Source: Peribolospora baueri (taxonomy: Eukaryota). Taken from it: a stretch of DNA of 21,410 nucleotides. Location of the stretch: NCBI GenBank assembly GCA_029717555.1, contig JAMDHS010000088.1, positions 62,001 to 83,410 on the forward strand, in the 5' to 3' direction. The notes below the pieces were generated by a model. That model was not told the DNA's origin. It saw nothing but the letters and a program-made list of their open reading frames with translations, and made no database searches. Of the stretch, positions 20,717-21,410 are shown one piece after another. The translations under genes were made by a program, and so were the position numbers. Numbering within the stretch: the first letter of the stretch is position 1; the number at the start of each line of letters is the position of its first letter.

Positions 20717-21332
20717 CAGGTCGTCCTCGTCGCCGGCGTCGAATAGCGCTATCCTCTCCTCTCCTCCTCTTCCTCCCCTGCCCCCTCGGCCCGCGCGATC
20801 TCCACCACCGGCGCCCCAACCGGTACCGCCGCCGACGGTCTCGCGTTCCCACCTTCGCTCTTGCGCGGACGGATCGCCGCCGTCGGCTCTTCGCTCCTCG
20901 GCCAGACGCTCGTTGTCATCGTCGTTGTCGTTGTTGTCGTCGTCGAGGTCGATGTCGAGAGAGAGGCGCTGCGCGTTCGACAAGTCGATTCGCGTCGGTC
21001 GGGTGAGCATGTTGTTGCCGCTCCTGTGTATGCCGGGCGGGGAAAGAAAAAAAGACAAAGGAGACGGGGCGGGAGAGACGAAAGGAGATACAGTCAGGCC
21101 GGGCCGGGGCCTGTTTCGCTTCGGACAGACTGACTAACCTTCGCATGACGAGCAACAGTCTGCCGCACTGCACGGCGTTTCTGCCGATCAGCAGCAAGCT
21201 GTCCAACAGCTCTTCTCCCTTTCCCGCCCTTCCAGAGGGGCAGTCGCTGGAGAAGAAGATGACGGCGAGCGTGATGGCGCAGAGGAGGGTGAGGAAGAGA
21301 TCGACGGTGTTGAAGAGGGAGGACCAGAATTG
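20714..21332 (-). CDS. 3' part of a small membrane protein with ion-transport/voltage-sensor-like S3-S4 helices and an acidic, Gly/Arg-rich tail. Exons 21332-21139 and 21023-20714; 5' exons lie outside the window
   Basis: The spliced translation is QFWSSLFNTVDLFLTLLCAITLAVIFFSSDCPSGRAGKGEELLDSLLLIGRNAVQCGRLLLVMRRSGNNMLTRPTRIDL...DDL*. The intron 21138-21024 is GTTAGT..CCTGAC..CAG. The gene structure is well supported; the domain call is inference. Confidence 0.65.
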
Positions 21333-21410
21333 CTGTGCGAGGCGGAGGAAATTTAAAAAGCCAGCTCACTCATCCCGCGCTCGCTGGACGACTGGACGAA
21401 ACAAGTTTCA

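Noticed and set aside
1..21410. CRISPR arrays, tRNA/rRNA genes, transposase or reverse-transcriptase ORFs
   Set aside because: None were seen. The tandem repeats are simple microsatellites or short coding repeats without spacers.

Overview
This is GC-rich, intron-dense fungal nuclear DNA, probably from a basidiomycete yeast (inferred from short GT-AG introns with CTCAC/CTGAC branch points and from the protein families). I assembled eight protein-coding genes by hand: SNF12/SMARCD-type SWI/SNF subunit (-, 3' end outside the window), LSB5-type VHS/GAT endocytic adaptor (-), TFIIIB B'' BDP1 (-), MOB2 (+), PP4 catalytic subunit PPH3 (-), an intronless NRG1-like C2H2 repressor (+), AP-2 alpha-adaptin APL3 (+), and the 3' end of a small membrane protein resembling a stand-alone voltage-sensor domain (-). 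The main anomaly is a ~250-bp island of ~29% GC between NRG1 and APL3. It holds a stop-free reading frame in which 72 of 78 codons end in A/T, and its junctions carry inverted repeats. It looks like a captured fragment of a foreign AT-rich gene (plasmid/virus-like element, virus or mitochondrion). Weaker signals include a hairpin cluster between BDP1 and LSB5, similar stem-loops ahead of the two endocytosis start codons, and odd stop-codon contexts. No database searches were run; family calls rest on recognised motifs.
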